Of a stretch of DNA of 32,000 nucleotides, positions 30,895 to 32,000 are shown one piece after another. The notes under the pieces are model-generated. The model saw nothing but the letters and a program-made list of their open reading frames with translations. It ran no database searches and was not told the origin of the DNA. The stretch comes from Bdellovibrionota bacterium. Lineage in GTDB: Bacteria > Bdellovibrionota_C > UBA2361 > SZUA-149 > CAZDWZ01. A program made the translations under genes and the position numbers. Position 1 is the first letter of the stretch. The number at the start of each line of letters is the position of its first letter. Location of the stretch: assembly GCA_046328905.1 (NCBI GenBank), contig JAXLVP010000001.1:2294815-2326814 (forward strand), given 5' to 3'.

Positions 30895-32000
30895 TTAGCC
30901 GATCAGCTTTTTGAGATTCTTCAGGCCGCGATCGATCTCTTCAATCGGCGGTCCGAAAGAGAACCGTGCGAAGTGTCCGAATCGGCTTGCGCGGTCCGGA
31001 CGGCGCTTTCCGGGATTGATGTCGAAGAACACGCCCGGAACGATGATGACACCAACTTCGAGCGCCTTCCGAAACAGCAGCATCCCTGTATTCAGGCCCT
31101 GCGGCAGCTCGCTCAGGTCTCCCCAACAGTAGAATCCGCCTGACGGTTTCGGAATCACGCGAACGCCGAGGTCTCCCAAGGTCGAAAACATCAGGTCGCG
31201 CTTTTCGGCGAATGTCTTCTTGATTGCTGCCGCCTCTTGGTCTGCGAAGCTGCGGTCAACGAGGCGAATAGCGGCGCGCTGCATCGGTCGAGCGCAGCCG
31301 CCATCGAGGAAGCTGCCGGCTGAAGCGATAGCTTCGATAATGGGTTTTGGAGCGATGGTCCAACAGATGCGAAAGCCCGGATAGCGCCAGTTCTTCGTCA
31401 GTCCGTCGAAAATCACCACCGGGTCCTGGTTCACATCGTCTACATAACGCGCCGCGGAGACCGAGAGGTCCGGAGTGTCGTAGAGGTAGTGGGAATAGAA
31501 CTCGTCGTTGATGAGAGTGCACTCGAGCTCGCGCGCGGTGTTGACCCAGGAGCGCAGCTCTTCGCCGGCAACCACGGTGCCCGTAGGGTTACACGGATTC
31601 GAAAGCAGTACCGCCGACAGTCCGCGCCCGAGAATCTCGTTCTTCAGATCGCTGACGTTGAAGTCGTAGTTCCGGCTCGCATCTCGCAGCATCGGAATTG
31701 CCGAGAACGTATGAAACGCGTCGAGAAGCTCTTCGTAGGCAGTGTAATCGGGGAGAAAGTGACCGACATGCCCCTTGCCCAGGGTCGAGACAAGCCGAGT
31801 GAGCGCCAACCGCCCGCCTGAGCTGATGGCTACGTTTTCGTGGGTGTATTTGCTTTGTTTGTCTGCTCGATAACGCTGGTTATACAGCTCGGCGACTGCC
31901 GTCTTGAGCTCGATAATTCCGTCGATCGGAGCGTACTCATAGTCGTCGAAACGAGCTTCAATGTTCGTGATCCGTTCTGGGCTGCCGGGAAGCATGCCGG
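30895..32000 (-). CDS. pyridoxal-phosphate-dependent aminotransferase, class I/II (probably truncated at the right edge)
   Basis: LLSNPCNPTG, INDEFYSH and DGLTKNWRYPGFRICW (the PLP-lysine region) are present. The frame is still open at position 32000, so the ATG at 31995 may be internal. Confidence 0.85.
   Translation of the reverse strand, partial: GMLPGSPERITNIEARFDDYEYAPIDGIIELKTAVAELYNQRYRADKQSKYTHENVAISSGGRLALTRLVSTLGKGHVGHFLPDYTAYEELLDAFHTFSAIPMLRDASRNYDFNVSDLKNEILGRGLSAVLLSNPCNPTGTVVAGEELRSWVNTARELECTLINDEFYSHYLYDTPDLSVSAARYVDDVNQDPVVIFDGLTKNWRYPGFRICWTIAPKPIIEAIASAGSFLDGGCARPMQRAAIRLVDRSFADQEAAAIKKTFAEKRDLMFSTLGDLGVRVIPKPSGGFYCWGDLSELPQGLNTGMLLFRKALEVGVIIVPGVFFDINPGKRRPDRASRFGHFARFSFGPPIEEIDRGLKNLKKLIG

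Overview
This is a bacterial chromosomal window of moderately high GC. Lipobox lipoproteins and a Liv-type ABC importer suggest a Gram-negative host. I found no rRNA, tRNA, CRISPR array, transposase or integrase. All family calls come from motif recognition by eye; no database search was run.

Positions 1-19.9 kb and 30.4-32 kb look like ordinary core genes:
- a split AtuA/DUF1446 pair, a family I pyrophosphatase and an NMO-family flavoprotein
- an IMPase/CysQ-family phosphatase translationally coupled to a lipoprotein
- an anchored LTXXQ-motif protein and a Kazal-domain lipoprotein
- a complete SBP-livH-livM-livG-livF operon, in which LivG carries a hydrophobic insertion
- an orphan Flp-pilin-like protein with an 18-proline run and a Cys-rich tail
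- DUF2784, and a GT51 transglycosylase with a long N-terminal extension
- N-carbamoylputrescine amidase, adenine deaminase, an EVE-domain protein and a class I/II aminotransferase

The stand-out region is about 20.2-30.4 kb. It opens with an AT-rich stretch containing a 16-bp perfect palindrome. Next comes an 810-nt five-TM membrane-protein gene whose codon third positions are almost all G/C, unlike everything around it. Two giant same-strand ORFs with no family I recognise follow:
- The first (about 1060 aa) has 13 or more tandem 20-aa repeats that are conserved at protein level but diverged synonymously, plus a Gly-punctuated beta-strand-like repeat tail.
- The second (about 1630 aa) has a roughly 700-aa coiled coil containing an internal duplication, a glycine-zipper-like hydrophobic module and an unassigned roughly 320-aa C-terminal region.

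A 4-TM protein 35 nt downstream closes the block. It shares a VRxAIRSR motif, placed just after TM4, with the upstream high-GC membrane protein. I consider this block the best candidate for an undescribed system, either a secreted or surface filament/effector pair or a membrane-active toxin with immunity. Its function cannot be established from sequence alone.
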